Shown: one piece after another, positions 18,172 to 20,322 of the stretch
How the letters are laid out: each line of letters starts with the position of its first letter
Numbering within the stretch: the first letter of the stretch is position 1
Source of the DNA: Candidatus Sericytochromatia bacterium
GTDB lineage: Bacteria > Cyanobacteriota > Sericytochromatia > S15B-MN24 > JAQBPE01
Direction of reading: 5' to 3'
DNA length: 20,322 bases
Assembly (NCBI GenBank): GCA_040400605.1
Contig: JBBAPZ010000030.1
Coordinates: forward strand, 1 to 20,322
Translations under genes and position numbers: made by a program
Notes under the pieces: model-generated
The model's input: the letters and a program-made list of their open reading frames with translations, nothing else
The model's database searches: none
Told to the model about the DNA's origin: nothing

Positions 18172-18609
18172 TCAACGTCGCGCGTGTGGACGTCCCATCA
18201 AATCCCAGCACGCATCCATCACCAGTGATTGTGCATCAGGGCCACTGACCGCGATAAAAATGGTGTCATCACCCGCCACGGTGCCCACCACGAATGGCCA
18301 CCCGGCACGGTCGATCGCCAATGCGATCGCAGACGCCATGCCTGGCAAACTACGCGCCACCACCAACGCATCACCTGCTGGCACCAAACTCAACAACCCA
18401 CCCGCGGTCACCGGCGTTGGTACCGGCGCAGGTACCACATAACGGCCCTGATACTTGACAACCCCGCACTCCTCGAGATCGCGCGACACCGTCGCCTGCG
18501 TTGTCACAACCCCACAAGCCACCAGCGCATCCACTACGTCCTGCTGCGATGAGAGCGATTGCGCCTGGATCAGATCCAGTATCAGTTGTCGTCTTTTGGT
18601 CTTGGTCAC
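18172..18609 (-). CDS. argR: Arginine repressor
   Basis: Likely GTG start at 18609 (TKTKRRQLIL); TQATVSRDL wHTH motif and GTVAGDDTIF arginine-binding motif. Confidence 0.93.
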   Translation of the reverse strand: MTKTKRRQLILDLIQAQSLSSQQDVVDALVACGVVTTQATVSRDLEECGVVKYQGRYVVPAPVPTPVTAGGLLSLVPAGDALVVARSLPGMASAIALAIDRAGWPFVVGTVAGDDTIFIAVSGPDAQSLVMDACWDLMGRPHARR

Positions 18610-19136
18610 GATTCTATCCACTGTCGGGAATGCCAGGCGAACAACAGTCCGCGATTCAATCTGAATCAACCGTGCTCCCAAACACCGCACGGTCGCTGTA
18701 AACCAGTTCGTGTCCTGCACGGCCCATCTGGTAAAATTGCTGTATAAATTTATAATAATACAAGTCTAGGCAACCTGCAAGAGAGACAATCTCGACCCCA
18801 GTAATCATGGATTCGAGTCTGGACATGGTCAGGTGTGAAGCAAAATCTGCCTGTGCAGATGTATTGAGACGGGCGGACCGCTTTGCCTGAAGTCGGCCCT
18901 TCGATAGCCAGACGCCGAATGATCTAGAACCAGCCACCATCCTGAAAAAACGTTTTAACGCTCCCGTTTTGAACCCATGCCTGCATCAGATGGCACCTGA
19001 CCAACAGGCAAGCAACGCCCGTGGATCCTGAAAAACTGATTGCAATGTTCAGAGTGCAATTCTGCTGAACGGTGTGGGCCAATCACAGAAAATTAGATTG
19101 GCTCTGCGTTTCAGGGTGAATCCGCCTGCCCGTTAT

Positions 19137-19150
19137 TGCATAAATATAAA
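19137..19150. promoter_or_regulatory. Possible single ARG box
   Basis: TGCATAAATATAAA resembles TGMATWWWWATKCA, but is ~530 bp from argR and has no clear partner box. Confidence 0.2.
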
Positions 19151-19294
19151 TATTTAGAAGCGTATTGAAGAATCGGTGGATACGACCGGCAAGGGTAACG
19201 AATGTGGGATGGCGTAAGCGTGAAAACCGTTTGGCCGGAAAACCCCTGATTTCGTAAGGATTATTTGGCCAGGGAGGTTTTCGCAAACCTCCTC

Positions 19295-19519
19295 TTTCAT
19301 GACTTTCCGAACGGCCGCCGTAAGGTTGTCGTAGCGAACCAGTTTGAAGACGCTGCCAAAGTAGCCAAAAGCCATTACATGCGCCTCCAAGTAGGCCTGC
19401 TGCGTAAGCTGCGGGACGGCGATGTGGATTTTGCGACCGCTATGACAGGCTCGAAGGCAGAAGTGGTAAAGCTTCTGCGGACCATCCGGGAAATTGACAA
19501 ACGACTCGTAGAAGTCCGC
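19295..19519 (-). pseudogene. istA: IS21 transposase IstA internal (catalytic core) fragment
   Basis: ADFYESFVNFPDGPQKLYHFCLRACHSGR...TQQAYLEAHVMAFGYFGSVFKLVRYDNLTAAVRKVMK matches the IstA core (DF...AF.YFG....YDN). Confidence 0.82.
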
Positions 19520-19524
19520 GCACA

Positions 19525-20115
19525 GGCATCGTCCTGATGGGCGCAAGCCTCGATTTTAACCTTGTCGCTCAAGCTGGTCCCAAGGTTCTGATGCTCGATG
19601 TCCTCATGATCGTCCTGGGCATCGCGGGCATTGGCTGGATTGCCCGGCGCTTCGGCGTCGATACGACCCTCGCCACCCTGGTGGCGGTCGGAACCAGCAT
19701 CTGCGGCGCCTCCGCCGTGGTGGCTGCCGCCACGGTCACCAGAGCCAACGAAGAATAAACGACCCTGGCGGTGGCCCTGATGGGCATCCTGGGCAAAATT
19801 GGGGTGCTGTTTTACGTGCTGCTTGGTCCCTGTTTGGGCTTCACCACGGGGCAACTGGCCATCTTGTGCGGATCGACCCTGCATGAAGTGGCACAGGTCA
19901 TGGCCGCGGCGTTCACCTGGGGGAACGCCACCGGCGATATGGGCACTTTGGTGAAGCTCACGCGGGCGGTATTGCTGGCACCCGCCCTGCTCGTACTGGG
20001 ACTGGTGGTGGGAAGTGGTCAGGGGTTGCGTTTTAGCTGAAAGAACCCGCCAGTACCCTGGTTCGTGATCGGTTTCATCGCGATGGGGGTACTGGGGTCA
20101 ATCGGCATCATTACT
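19525..20115 (+). pseudogene. YeiH/UPF0324 (putative sulfate exporter) membrane protein fragment
   Basis: GIVLMGASL...GTSICGASAVVAA...*...GSTLHEVAQVMAA...VKLTRAVLLAP...*KNPPVPWFVIGF in one frame, with stops at 19756-19758 and 20038-20040; both termini missing. Confidence 0.88.
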
Positions 20116-20322
20116 GGCTAATTGTTAATAAACCGTCAACTAACTTTAAGCGAAGGACAAGAATGTTCGAACAAGCGCTCCCGATAACGCGTGTGTGTGG
20201 AGCGGATTGGTCAGACGTGGGGAGAGTGGGTCGTGTCGATTGCGGATGCACTTGGTTTCGCGATACGAAAGATGTCGATCCGGCAAACGGCGCTGGATGA
20301 CAATCATGTCACTGCCCAGGCC

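Noticed and set aside
18610..18720. N-terminal extension of ArgR and the GATTCA-ATC-TGAATC palindrome as tandem ARG boxes
   Set aside because: ArgR homology begins at 18609, and the outer half-sites do not fit the ARG consensus.
19190..19260. Xer dif/cer-like site near an ARG-like box
   Set aside because: No convincing TTATGTTAAAT XerD arm at the correct spacing.
19265..19537. 90-aa plus-strand ORF
   Set aside because: Antisense shadow of the istA fragment on the minus strand.
20116..20322. Possible IS end (TGTTAATAAACCGTCAAC) or gene start at the right edge
   Set aside because: No partner end or recognisable coding motif within the window.

Overview
Bacterial chromosomal window: a heavily rearranged accessory/defence region (about 1-15400) followed by an argR-argG-argH operon (minus strand) and more debris. 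Apparently intact genes: three paralogous AAA-ATPase-like/PD-(D/E)XK genes (one runs off the left edge) with patchwork DNA identity and a shared compact promoter/RBS leader, two exported NHL-repeat beta-propeller proteins, a BREX BrxA-like gene, a Phd/YefM-type antitoxin paired with a divergent acidic RelE/ParE-like ORF, and argR/argG/argH. Decayed pieces: type I RM hsdR 5' fragment, DUF1016/YhcG, an N-terminally truncated UvrD-like helicase, a HEPN/MNT TA pair, a YeiH/UPF0324 transporter, and three IS21 remnants with two recognisable ends. Non-coding structure includes a 110-bp MITE (TTAA duplication) interrupting an otherwise intact 69-codon ORF, and a degenerate ~137-bp tandem duplication bounded by inverted repeats. 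Family calls come from motif recognition by eye, not database searches.
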